A stretch of DNA of 47,894 nucleotides. Origin: a virus. The translations under genes and the position numbers were made by a program. Positions 10,106 to 18,665 of this stretch are shown piece after piece (within the stretch, counting starts at the first letter, position 1; the number at the start of each line of letters is the position of its first letter). Location of the stretch: the UHGV virus genome UHGV-1372926; one strand, given 5' to 3'. The notes beneath the pieces are model-generated. The model was not told the origin of the DNA. It worked only from the letters and a program-made list of their open reading frames with translations, and ran no database searches.

Positions 10106-13023
10106 TATTCTGTTGCCCTTCTGGTTGCAGTGGTGTTGCTGGTAATAGCCTGAGAAATAGGGCCGCCATTTTCTATGTCGGCAACGATAGTCTCAATTGT
10201 AACAGAGCCGTCACCATTATCTCTTGCTGTTGATGAGGCCGTTGCCCCACTGCTGTTATTGGTGACATTATTATAAATAATGATACCACTGCCACCGCCG
10301 GTAAGGTCTTTATTGCTGATAACCTTTCCGTTGTCCCCGGGTATCATGTACTGATTACCATTGCTGGCCTGGAAGATTTCAGGCAGGTTATTCTCGCCGA
10401 CCTGATACATTGCACCAGCCTGCGCAGGTCCACCATTCTTCAGCGCTCCGGCAACAGACATTGCTTTAGCTACGCCAACAGTGGAAGCAATACCAGCCTG
10501 CGCAGGGATTGCGTTAGCTCCAGATGTAGCAAGAGAGGTCATTGCTGCTGCTGGCGCCATGGCTGCTGCAATAACTTGTGCCTGAGCTGCTGCCATCCCT
10601 GATGCAGCGGTCATTCCAACCTGACCCATGATGACCGATTTAAGCCACTCCACGCCCATCTGAACGAATGAGTTAATCACAGCGTTCAACACAGTGCTGC
10701 CGATTGACTGCAAGGCATCACTTACAGACATTGAGCCAGTCAGAACACCGGTCAATGCATTGCTTGCGGTTTGCCCAAAAGCATCAAATGCAGCAGCTGC
10801 TGCTTGCGTAGCCGCATTCTGCTGGCTCCACTCCTGCCACATGGCATCAAGACGCTGCTGGCGGTATTGTTCCTCAATAGCTGCTCTGGCCTGCTCAACC
10901 TCCGCTATCTTTTGCGGGTAAGCTACTGCGTAAGCATTGAGCGCTGCTAAATCTTTCTGATAATTTGTTTCAACAGCAAACATTGGGGATGTCTGCGATT
11001 TTAATGCAGCGAATCCCTTGACAGCTTCGGCTCTTTTTTTCTCCGCCTCTGCCTGAGCCTTTATCGCATTAGCGTTATCAATGGCCTTGGCTTTATATTC
11101 TCCAGCGAGTCTTATTTGCTCCTCTGTAGCGCCTTTTCCTAGTGATTGTTGAGCCTGTAGTATTGCTTGCTCGCGGCTCAGCTCTTTTGTGCTGTCCGCT
11201 GTTAGCAATGATTCTTGCCGCAGTTTCTCAAGTTTATTGGCGATATTCTCCTGCTCTGTGGCTGCTTTTTTTGCCTCTGAGTTTGCCGCACTTTGCGCGC
11301 TACGCTCATCCTTCAGGGCTTGTGCATTTTTCTCCTGTTGCTGATAAGTTTGTAGGCGAACATTGTAATAGTCACGGAATGCCTGAGTACCGGCTTTTAG
11401 CCCCTGATTCTCAGCATCACGCCATGCGAGCGCCTTCTGTTTCTCTACGCCAGTCTGTCGCTCAATGAAGAGGGTCTGCTTAGCCTGCTGCAACGCCTTA
11501 TCCTGAGAGTCAGTTAACTCATCAGTCATTTGTTTTAAAACTTTTAGGCGCTGTGTTGCATCAGCCGTACTAGTTACAATAGCCAGTAGACTTTTGGCAT
11601 ACTCTCGTGCCGCTGCCGCTCCGCTGGATGTTCCTTCGCTGACTTTTTGTAAAGTGACAATCAGCGCCTTTAGCTTCTCATCAGATGGGTTTTTTGCGAT
11701 ATCAGAAAGCTGTTTTGCGAATTCGAAAGCCTGCTGGTCTGAGAGCTGGAATTTACCAGCCAATGCGCCTACCGTGGCGATCATGCCATTCATTGACGTC
11801 TGACCGGCCTGACCTGCTGCTGACGCTTGTTTAATGGCTTCTGTCCAACTGTTAGTTGTGATATTAAGCTGCGACATGTAGTCATTGAAAAGTTTCACGC
11901 TGGCATAGCCACCACCAAGCGATGAAACAAGCGAATCGCCAAATCCGATAAAGTCACTTGATGCTTTTGTGACTTCCGCTGAGACTTTAGATAGGGCCGC
12001 CTGCAACTCAAGCTGTGCCTGTTGGCGCATCAGGGTGGCTACTGCTGAGTTGGCTTTTGCAAGCTGGGCGAATTTGTCGGTATAGACAGCGACACCAGAA
12101 GATGAAACCGACACGACGCTGTCCATGGTCGCTATGGCCTCTTTCAGTGAATCAACGGCGTTTTTGCCGTTTCCGAGTGACGCTATCAGTGAGCCAGCAA
12201 TAACCGTTGCGATGGTCAGCACGGCGCCTGCCACGGGGCTAAACACAGAAGCCAGCTGCGAACCTTGCTGACTAAATGCCACAAGCGCAGACTGCCCTCC
12301 CTGAACCTGAACGATAAAGTCCTGTATCTGATAGCCACCCTGCTGCATTATATTTTTAAAGTTACCGGTGGACTTCCCAGCGGCTTCTGTGCCATTTTTC
12401 ATGTCGTACAGGCGACCAGTAAGCTCAGCTATTTTTGCTTTCTGTGCGTCAGTGGCGCTATCTCCTGCACGAAGCTGCGCAGCCAGTATCGCCGCACTTC
12501 TTGCGCCTTTTTCCGCTTGTTCGTCGAGGATTGCGATCTGGTTTCCAAGACTCTCAATCATTCTGTCAATGCCAGAGATTGATCCACCTGTTTCAGCTGA
12601 CTGGGCGCCAAGCGCGCGAATTGCCTGAGTGACCTGATTGACTGAGTTTTGAAGTGCAAGGCCGGTTGCGTTCGCGGATACCTGCGCTTGCTGCATCTGT
12701 GCGAGCTGTTGGTTTAGGACAGCAATAACTTGCTCGGCACCAGTTACGCTTGAGGTTGTCGCTTCTACTGAACTGGCAGCAGTCTTCGACGATGAGGCCA
12801 TATCCTTCAGCGTTGCATCAATGGAGCTTACAATTTTTGCCAGGGCTGAAAGCTCTTTGCCGGATGATGATGCCGCGCCATCCAGCTTATCCATGCTTTT
12901 TGATGAGTTCTGCGCTGACTTGTCAATGCTGTCAAGTGCATCCTCTGCCTGTTTAGCGCCAGCAGTGAGGCCAGAGACCTCCATGCCAACCTCATAGACA
13001 ATGCCGCCAACTTCTTCTGCCAT
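10105..13023 (-). CDS. tail tape measure protein
   Basis: 972 aa ORF. Ala/Gln/Ser-rich, highly alpha-helical and repetitive. Located between chaperone and minor tail genes. Confidence 0.85.
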   Translation of the reverse strand: MAEEVGGIVYEVGMEVSGLTAGAKQAEDALDSIDKSAQNSSKSMDKLDGAASSSGKELSALAKIVSSIDATLKDMASSSKTAASSVEATTSSVTGAEQVIAVLNQQLAQMQQAQVSANATGLALQNSVNQVTQAIRALGAQSAETGGSISGIDRMIESLGNQIAILDEQAEKGARSAAILAAQLRAGDSATDAQKAKIAELTGRLYDMKNGTEAAGKSTGNFKNIMQQGGYQIQDFIVQVQGGQSALVAFSQQGSQLASVFSPVAGAVLTIATVIAGSLIASLGNGKNAVDSLKEAIATMDSVVSVSSSGVAVYTDKFAQLAKANSAVATLMRQQAQLELQAALSKVSAEVTKASSDFIGFGDSLVSSLGGGYASVKLFNDYMSQLNITTNSWTEAIKQASAAGQAGQTSMNGMIATVGALAGKFQLSDQQAFEFAKQLSDIAKNPSDEKLKALIVTLQKVSEGTSSGAAAAREYAKSLLAIVTSTADATQRLKVLKQMTDELTDSQDKALQQAKQTLFIERQTGVEKQKALAWRDAENQGLKAGTQAFRDYYNVRLQTYQQQEKNAQALKDERSAQSAANSEAKKAATEQENIANKLEKLRQESLLTADSTKELSREQAILQAQQSLGKGATEEQIRLAGEYKAKAIDNANAIKAQAEAEKKRAEAVKGFAALKSQTSPMFAVETNYQKDLAALNAYAVAYPQKIAEVEQARAAIEEQYRQQRLDAMWQEWSQQNAATQAAAAAFDAFGQTASNALTGVLTGSMSVSDALQSIGSTVLNAVINSFVQMGVEWLKSVIMGQVGMTAASGMAAAQAQVIAAAMAPAAAMTSLATSGANAIPAQAGIASTVGVAKAMSVAGALKNGGPAQAGAMYQVGENNLPEIFQASNGNQYMIPGDNGKVISNKDLTGGGSGIIIYNNVTNNSSGATASSTARDNGDGSVTIETIVADIENGGPISQAITSNTTATRRATE

Positions 13024-13730
13024 TATTTTGCTCCTTTGCTTTTAGCGGCCTTTCTGGCGGCTTTCTCTTTCAGTTTCTGTTTATTCAGCTTAGCCCGCTC
13101 ATAAGACGCATCATACTGCTCGCGCGTCATGCCTTCCGGTTCCGGGTATTTTGATTTTATCATCTGCTGATACTCGGTCATGGTCAGGTCTTCTGCTTCC
13201 TCACGGGTGATTCCGAAATGGGTGCGAGCTGAGATGATGTAATCCGACATTCTCAATTCACTGGTTGTGCGCTTTTGGTTTTCCGAGCGCTGAGGAACCT
13301 TGAGCGGAGACTTGCCGATGATGCCATGCTCCATCAGGTTGCGAGCAATGATAATAATGTCATTTACTGGCATTATTCCGGTGACGTACTTCACACCGCG
13401 CGGAGTTGGCTTCCATGACCCAATGAGCACCGAAATATCATCATCGCAACAGGACTGCATGATGAGGCAGGCTGCGCTTAGCACTTTCTTACCATAGGCA
13501 GGACGTGACAGGATTTTTGCCACCTGAATCTGCGCGCCATACGGCATTGACTGGATGGCACCGAGTATGGCCGCGTATTCATAGCCATTAAGCGTGGCGT
13601 ACAGCTCGACAATCTCTTTCGGTGAGCCAAGCTCATTCATCGCCGCAAATGATGGTTTGAAGAAAAAAGACTTGTCAGCCAGGGAGATGCGCATCTCTCC
13701 GATTTCTGTTAGCGGTGTGCGTTGTCTCAT
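13023..13730 (-). CDS. tail assembly chaperone (G/GT-like)
   Basis: 235 aa ORF immediately upstream of the tape measure gene with start/stop coupling. Lys-rich C-terminal tail. Confidence 0.5.
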   Translation of the reverse strand: MRQRTPLTEIGEMRISLADKSFFFKPSFAAMNELGSPKEIVELYATLNGYEYAAILGAIQSMPYGAQIQVAKILSRPAYGKKVLSAACLIMQSCCDDDISVLIGSWKPTPRGVKYVTGIMPVNDIIIIARNLMEHGIIGKSPLKVPQRSENQKRTTSELRMSDYIISARTHFGITREEAEDLTMTEYQQMIKSKYPEPEGMTREQYDASYERAKLNKQKLKEKAARKAAKSKGAK

Positions 13731-13786
13731 GTCTAAATCCTGTTTTCATAATGACGTAATTATACCATTGACAGGTGACGCAAGAC

Positions 13787-13800
13787 TGACGTAGATTGAA
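13787..13800 (+). promoter_or_regulatory. conserved box cTGACGTAGATTGA upstream of the + strand island
   Basis: One copy of the recurrent TTGACGTAGATTGA motif. A TTGACA lies 19 bp upstream at 13768-13773. Confidence 0.4.
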
Positions 13801-13827
13801 AGCATAAGGTGATTGAGGGTTTGACAT

Positions 13828-13962
13828 ATGAACGAGACTGATGCTGATTTGAGATTTTACATCGACCTTTACATCGATCAGGGTTACACCTATGAAGAGG
13901 CCCGCGTAAAGGCGATTTTGTTGCTGGCTAAGATTGGCGTAGTGGTGGAGGATAAGAGATGA
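13828..13962 (+). CDS. small hypothetical protein (44 aa)
   Basis: ATG preceded by GAGGG. Stop overlaps the next ATG (ATGA). Below the ORF-track length cut-off. Confidence 0.35.
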   Translation: MNETDADLRFYIDLYIDQGYTYEEARVKAILLLAKIGVVVEDKR

Positions 13963-14335
13963 GCACTGATTACAGCAAGATGAGTGATTTTGAGGTTAAT
14001 TTATGTGTTGCAGAGATTGTTGTCGACTACGACTGCATATCAAGGCTCCTTATACGGGAATGGCGGTGCACTGGGGTGACGGTGCAAATTGGCATGCCTT
14101 TAACCCATGCAACAACCCAGCAGATGCATGGCAGATTATTGTTGGCAACAAGATTAGCATCGTATCACTCGATAACAAATGGATTGCGGCTCCGGTTGAT
14201 ACAGTAATTGATGGCATCACCGGAGATTCTGAAGTTTGTTTTTATGCAAGCTATGATGCCGTCTCTGATGTAAATCCATTGCGCGCTGCCATGATTGTCT
14301 TCCTCATGATGCAGGAGTCCAAAAATGCCAGTTAA
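13959..14335 (+). CDS. DUF2591-like phage protein, apparently split across two frames (13959..14207 and 14003..14335)
   Basis: N-terminus MSTDYSKMSDFEVNLCVAEIVVDYDC is in one frame. The protein-like continuation YTGMAVHWGDGANWHAFNPCNNPADAWQIIVGNKISIV... is in the -1 frame. Flanking residues in each frame are low-complexity. Confidence 0.4.
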
Positions 14336-14477
14336 CAAAGACGACGAAGATGTGATATCTGCATATGCAGGCCAGCGCATCGACATAAACTATGCGATAG
14401 CAATTCACCTGAGACGATCTGAGTTTATTGCTAATCTGATTTTGTGGGGCATCAAGAACAAGACGAGGAAAGCATGA
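14325..14477 (+). CDS. small hypothetical protein (50 aa)
   Basis: ATG at 14325. Stop overlaps the ATG of the next gene (ATGA at 14474). Confidence 0.3.
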   Translation: MPVNKDDEDVISAYAGQRIDINYAIAIHLRRSEFIANLILWGIKNKTRKA

Positions 14478-14695
14478 GAATAGCACTTATTCAGGACCAT
14501 GATGTTTTGAAATGCCTTGGGAAAATGAGTGATGGTGAGCCAACGTATTATGTGAGAAATCTACTATCTTACATATACAAAGGAATAGATACGCCTTCCG
14601 TGCTAAGGAAGCTAAAGGATATGGAAAAAAGAGGGCTTGTGAAAAGGGTTAACAGTAAATTCTTTGTTAACAATATCAGCTGGACATTAAAATAA
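14474..14695 (+). CDS. small winged-helix DNA-binding protein (putative transcriptional regulator)
   Basis: 73 aa from the internal ATG of track ORF 14444..14695. Motif NLLSYIYKGIDTPSVLRKLKDMEKRGLVKRV resembles a wHTH recognition helix plus wing. Confidence 0.45.
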   Translation: MRIALIQDHDVLKCLGKMSDGEPTYYVRNLLSYIYKGIDTPSVLRKLKDMEKRGLVKRVNSKFFVNNISWTLK

Positions 14696-14719
14696 ACCCC
14701 CTTTCGGGGGTTTTCTTTA
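14690..14719. terminator. bidirectional rho-independent terminator
   Basis: AAATAAA-CCCCC-TTTC-GGGGG-TTTTCTTTA between convergent + island and major tail gene. Confidence 0.75.
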
Positions 14720-15472
14720 TGCCGTAACGGTAACAACACACTTGGTGGAGTCAACGTAATCAGGACTGGTTGCCGAGTCCATCACGCGGCAGAAGTACGT
14801 ACCAGCATCACCTGCGGCGGCTGTGGCCTTGGTGAACGTGTCGGTAGTAGCACCGCTGATCGGCGAAGTGCCTTTATACCATTGATAGGTATAAGGTTCG
14901 ACACCGCCAGCCGCAACTACCGGACCTAGCGTCAGGGTGGCGCCAGTGGCAACGCTTTTGGTTGCACTGATATCAGTGGTCAGCGTCAAATCTTCGATGC
15001 TGGACACGTCAACGGTAGAGCCATCATACGGCTTAAATTCAACCGAGCCGGTGATGATGTCGTTGGTGCCGCCATCATAGCTCAGCGCGGTGATGTTGCA
15101 GTAGGCCACGACAACGGTATTGCCGGTTGTCTGGCGAACCCACAGCGACGGCTGGCGACGCGCCTTGACTTCGGTGACAAAGTATTTGATGAGGTTATGT
15201 ACGCCATACTCATCAGCCTTGTCAGCCTTGCGAACTTCAAAATCACCTGAAATGGTGAGGTCTGCGGTAGTGACCAGCGTTGCGACAAAGCCATCGCCAT
15301 CATCAGCCTCTGAGGTAGTGGTGCTTGGGCTGAAGTCGACGCCTTTTGAGGTCATGGGAGCAAAAAACTTCCAATCTTCCTCTGCTGGCACAGCATCCCA
15401 GCAGCCATCAGCCAGCTCAATGAGCGACTGGCGACCTGTGATGATGCCGTTATCATTTGCACAAATAGCCAT
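14717..15472 (-). CDS. major tail protein with C-terminal Ig-like (Big_2-type) domain
   Basis: 251 aa ORF. C-terminal motif (VEPYTYQWYKG...GTYFCRVMDSA) typical of Ig-like domains appended to siphophage major tail proteins. Sits between neck genes and chaperone/TMP. Confidence 0.7.
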   Translation of the reverse strand: MAICANDNGIITGRQSLIELADGCWDAVPAEEDWKFFAPMTSKGVDFSPSTTTSEADDGDGFVATLVTTADLTISGDFEVRKADKADEYGVHNLIKYFVTEVKARRQPSLWVRQTTGNTVVVAYCNITALSYDGGTNDIITGSVEFKPYDGSTVDVSSIEDLTLTTDISATKSVATGATLTLGPVVAAGGVEPYTYQWYKGTSPISGATTDTFTKATAAAGDAGTYFCRVMDSATSPDYVDSTKCVVTVTA

Positions 15473-15516
15473 GTTTAGAATCCTCTGTGTTTAGCTAAAC
15501 AATCGCATTATATCAT

Positions 15517-15545
15517 GTTGACAGGTTTTGATTGGTGTTGTAGAT
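15517..15545 (+). promoter_or_regulatory. sigma70-like promoter TTGACA-N17-TAGATT upstream of the tRNA genes
   Basis: -35 TTGACA at 15517-15522. 17 bp spacer. TAGATT at 15540-15545. Same architecture as other phage promoters in this window. Confidence 0.5.
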
Positions 15546-15928
15546 TAAATGGCAGATAGTTTTCGGTGCGACTTTGCGGGTTTTTAGAAACTGACCACAA
15601 AGATAAATGCAAACGAAGAAGTGTATCTGGCAGTAGCCTAACGGCTAAACACCAGCAAGGTCTTCCGACTCCTTGTCAATTAATTCGGCGCACTGGCCCG
15701 GTGTGATTAATAATGGGCACACAACAGGTAAGAGCATTAAATAACTTGCAAAGATCTTAACGGTCTGCGAAAGCGTATCATAGTGGCACAACTGGCAGGT
15801 ACAACTGAGTGCTCTTTCCGTTGTGGTGAAGTACAAGATGACAGTGCTGATGAATCGGGGACATCAAAACCCTTGAGCCGGGTTATATGGGGACGGCAAC
15901 AACGCGACTTCAGCCACCACAACACAAC

Positions 15929-16005
15929 GCACCATTAGCTCATCAGGATAGAGCAATTGCCTTCTAAGCAATCGGTAACTGGTTCGAATCCAGTATGGTG
16001 CACCA
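15929..16005 (+). tRNA. tRNA-Arg (anticodon TCT)
   Basis: Manual cloverleaf fold. Acceptor GCACCAT/ATGGTGC. D-stem GCTC/GAGC. Anticodon stem ATTGC/GCAAT with loop CTTCTAA. T-stem ACTGG/CCAGT with loop TTCGAAT. Discriminator A plus CCA. Confidence 0.8.
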
Positions 16006-16008
16006 AAT

Positions 16009-16085
16009 TCCCGTTTAGCTTAACTGGTTAAAGCACCCGACTCATAATCGGATGATTACAGGTTCGAATCCTGTCGCGGGAACCA
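16009..16085 (+). tRNA. tRNA-Met/fMet or Ile2-type (anticodon CAT)
   Basis: Manual fold. D-stem GCTT/AAGC. Anticodon loop CTCATAA. T-stem ACAGG/CCTGT with loop TTCGAAT. 3' CGCGGGA-A-CCA. One mismatch each in acceptor and anticodon stems. Confidence 0.65.
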
Positions 16086-16469
16086 TTACTCACCAAAAAC
16101 AACCCTCAGCAACAACTCATAAACAGGCCTTTTCTCTGTCGTAAGCGTAGGGCGGCCAAGCGGCGCCTGTAACTGAATCATGCCAATACAACTATCAACG
16201 GGATGCTCTTTGATATATGAGATGACATCAAGCGCTTTTGCTTTTGTTTCCTCGATGTTGTACTGACCCTGCTGACCGACAACATAGAGCGAAAAATAAT
16301 AATCATTGCTGAGGCTTTTGCTTACGCTTGTTCCGCCATTGGATTGCAGCACCATAAACCGGTCGGTGCCAACTTCGGTATCATTCCAGAACTCAAGCTG
16401 AGAAGTCCACCCGTCATAAAGACCGGCATCGCTAAGGTACTGGTCAACAAGCTCAAGCATATCTCTCAT
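16086..16469 (-). CDS. neck / tail completion protein (putative)
   Basis: 127 aa ORF at the distal end of the head-tail joining gene block. Start overlaps the stop of the upstream gp10-like gene. Confidence 0.4.
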   Translation of the reverse strand: MRDMLELVDQYLSDAGLYDGWTSQLEFWNDTEVGTDRFMVLQSNGGTSVSKSLSNDYYFSLYVVGQQGQYNIEETKAKALDVISYIKEHPVDSCIGMIQLQAPLGRPTLTTEKRPVYELLLRVVFGE

Positions 16470-16882
16470 TTTAGTGTCATCTCTTTTTTGATTACCTGTT
16501 CGACAAGCTCGCGTGTGTTTTCGCCAGCCTTGAGAAGGAATTTAGGCTCGCCGCTCGGGTCCCATACATTTCCCTTTCCTTTAAGTTTCCCTGTGCGTGG
16601 CGTGTTCGTGCCCAGCAGCGTACCAGGTGCATTATGGACATACAGGGCGTAATTGGCAGCATACCCAATCTTGCCAGTTATGCGAGTGCCATTAACTTCA
16701 ACGGTGTCATACTGGCTGTTTATCAACGCTGACGTGGCCACTGGCGTCATGGAGGCCGATTCAGTCCTGATGATGTAGTTAGCAGCTTTTATTGCTGATA
16801 CCGCCTTCTCGCCAGTAATCTCGCCGACTATCTGCTGAGTGCGCTTAATAGCCTGCTGGATACCTCGCATTTTGGCGGCCAT
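16466..16882 (-). CDS. head-tail joining protein (HK97 gp10-like)
   Basis: 138 aa ORF. N-terminal MAAKMRGIQQAIKR... and size typical of the gp10-like neck family. Position in the connector cluster. Confidence 0.5.
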   Translation of the reverse strand: MAAKMRGIQQAIKRTQQIVGEITGEKAVSAIKAANYIIRTESASMTPVATSALINSQYDTVEVNGTRITGKIGYAANYALYVHNAPGTLLGTNTPRTGKLKGKGNVWDPSGEPKFLLKAGENTRELVEQVIKKEMTLK

Positions 16883-16885
16883 ACA

Positions 16886-17230
16886 TTACCCCGTTACCAG
16901 CGCAAAATCAGGCAGGTCATTGCGGTCTAACGTATTGCCGTAATTCACGACGTTTCTAATCTGGTCAGCTCCGGAAGCCAAAGGGTCAGCGCTGGTGATA
17001 GTGCCAAGCATGATGAAGTCGCCAACAGACGCATTCTGATATTCCGTCCAGAATGTGTTTTTCTGTGCAATCTCATTGCCAGCTGTGCCGGTGGTCAAAT
17101 TCTTATCGAAGCCATAATCACACATGATGGATTCTGGCGCGGCGAATGTTGGCTTGCCATACTTATCCTTGCCAGTAAGCCGCCAGATTGTGCATGGCTG
17201 CGTATAGCTCCATCTCGCTATTGCTGACAT
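16886..17230 (-). CDS. head-tail adaptor / head completion protein (putative)
   Basis: 114 aa ORF in the connector cluster. Confidence 0.45.
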   Translation of the reverse strand: MSAIARWSYTQPCTIWRLTGKDKYGKPTFAAPESIMCDYGFDKNLTTGTAGNEIAQKNTFWTEYQNASVGDFIMLGTITSADPLASGADQIRNVVNYGNTLDRNDLPDFALVTG

Positions 17231-17348
17231 GGCGCGGCCTCAAGAGTATAAACCCAGCGCGGAACAGGAAGGCGCAGCAACACCAGAATAACCAGCAGCG
17301 GCATGCACCATTTACGGATTGCGATATTTACAGTTAATGTTGACGTTT

Positions 17349-17741
17349 TCATCTACACTTACTCCCGGTAACAACCCGAAACCACGGCTTTGCTGCCCCA
17401 TCAGGCTCCTCCACAAGGTCGCCGGTGCAGCCTGCCGTATCGAGTAGTTTCATCTGATTATAAAGGGCCATCCACGGCTTACTGCCATAGCCAAATGATT
17501 GCGACGCACCAGATGGTGCCCGGTGGCTGGTGATATACCTACCGGCAGTATTTGAGGCGATAAGGATTGAGGCCCATAGCAGAATTGCATCCTGCCTGCA
17601 TGTGTCTTCAGGGTAGTTAAGCTCAAGACACTCTGTGATGCTCGCCACCAGACACAGGATGCCCGTTGCGTCCGCCGTGGTGATAGTTACGCCTCTTGAC
17701 GCCATGGCGGCGACAAGTTCACTTGCTGTCGGTGCTGCCAT
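17349..17741 (-). CDS. head-tail connector protein (gp6-like)
   Basis: 130 aa from internal ATG at 17741, RBS GGGAGAG. Motif ...ILCLVASITECLELNYPED... resembles gp6-like connector proteins. Confidence 0.5.
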   Translation of the reverse strand: MAAPTASELVAAMASRGVTITTADATGILCLVASITECLELNYPEDTCRQDAILLWASILIASNTAGRYITSHRAPSGASQSFGYGSKPWMALYNQMKLLDTAGCTGDLVEEPDGAAKPWFRVVTGSKCR

Positions 17742-18006
17742 TCTTTTTGCTCTCCCGAATCTTCCACCACATCTCAAAAAGGTTTTTTGCCACCAGTGAC
17801 AGCGCGCCAAGTATAGAGGCTACCGCTGCCCATTCGGTAATCGAATGGGGGATCATTGAGGCAATGTATGATTGTGCGACCGGCGTCTGCTCTGCCACCT
17901 TCAGGCCAAGGCCCGTACCAATGGATGTATAACCGGCTTTGTCGATTACCTGGCCGACAGTGCCACTAATTATCTGGTTTGCGGCGTGCTGAAGCGCGTC
18001 TCTCAT
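17719..18006 (-). CDS. hypothetical small membrane-associated protein
   Basis: 95 aa ORF with GGAG RBS. Hydrophobic segment ITEWAAVASILGALSLVA. Confidence 0.4.
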   Translation of the reverse strand: MRDALQHAANQIISGTVGQVIDKAGYTSIGTGLGLKVAEQTPVAQSYIASMIPHSITEWAAVASILGALSLVAKNLFEMWWKIRESKKNGSTDSK

Positions 18007-18167
18007 TAATTATTCTCCGAATGATGAACTTCCAGCATCTGTACACCTGAACCAGCGAAAACGCTATGACGATAACGCCGATTGCTATATCCAATTTCGC
18101 CGCCTTACGTTTTTCAGGACGGAACAGCGCGGGGTGAGTGTTGTTGGTTTAATTTTATCATAAAGTG

Positions 18168-18196
18168 TTGACGTAGATTGAGGGTGTCGCTATAGT
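18168..18196 (+). promoter_or_regulatory. sigma70-like promoter TTGACG-N17-TATAGT containing the conserved GTAGATTGA box
   Basis: -35 TTGACG at 18168-18173. 17 bp spacer starting TAGATTGA. -10 TATAGT at 18191-18196. Upstream of the + operon starting at 18234. Confidence 0.55.
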
Positions 18197-18233
18197 GATG
18201 ACGTAGAAACAACAATAAATGTTAGAGGTGATG

Positions 18234-18545
18234 AGGATGAATGAATTCAAAGGCACGCCGGGGCCGTGGTTTGGAGATAACAGCAGGGCAATAGGGCCAA
18301 AATCAACAGAGGACGACCAGTCTTATGGAATGATTATTCCTGTCGGCTGGGTTGAGTTTGACCCTGAAGTTGAGGTTCAAGTTGCTAACCAACGAATAAT
18401 GGCCGCTGCGCCTGAACTTCTCGATGCGCTCCAGCTTGCTGAAAAGGTGATGGTAGGTCGCAGCAATCTTACATACGATGAGTGGCATGGCGCTGTCGAT
18501 AAGGCTCGCTCCGCCATCACCAAAGCACTCGGAGAATCCCAATGA
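18234..18545 (+). CDS. conserved phage protein (GPW / AAAPELL motif family)
   Basis: ATG at 18234 after GAGGTGATGAGG. Motifs GTPGPW and AAAPELLDAL are seen in Ead/Ea22-like lambdoid proteins. Confidence 0.45.
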   Translation, partial: RMNEFKGTPGPWFGDNSRAIGPKSTEDDQSYGMIIPVGWVEFDPEVEVQVANQRIMAAAPELLDALQLAEKVMVGRSNLTYDEWHGAVDKARSAITKALGESQ

Positions 18546-18658
18546 TTCGCCACGAAATCCGCAAAGAAGACCTGAAGTCGTGGGATAAGTTCAAAATCAA
18601 GCTGGCATTAATCGTTATCGGATTCACCATTGCCAGCGCAATCTGTTTATCGAAGTGA
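18542..18658 (+). CDS. small membrane peptide (38 aa)
   Basis: ATGA-coupled to the upstream gene. Hydrophobic stretch LALIVIGFTIASAICL. Below the track cut-off. Confidence 0.3.
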   Translation: MIRHEIRKEDLKSWDKFKIKLALIVIGFTIASAICLSK

Positions 18659-18665
18659 GGAAAAG

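Noticed and set aside
10694-12956. Several 60-108 aa + strand ORFs inside the tape measure gene
   Set aside because: They are antisense to a clearly coding 972 aa gene. They are Cys/Arg/Leu/Ser-rich low-complexity translations with no RBS.
13023-13730. Programmed G/GT frameshift in the tail chaperone
   Set aside because: The ORF is already continuous at 235 aa. No slippery heptamer plus alternative-frame extension was identified by inspection.
15546-15928. Additional tRNAs in the leader upstream of tRNA-Arg
   Set aside because: No GTTCGAATC-type T-loop and no cloverleaf could be found by eye. This needs tRNAscan-SE.
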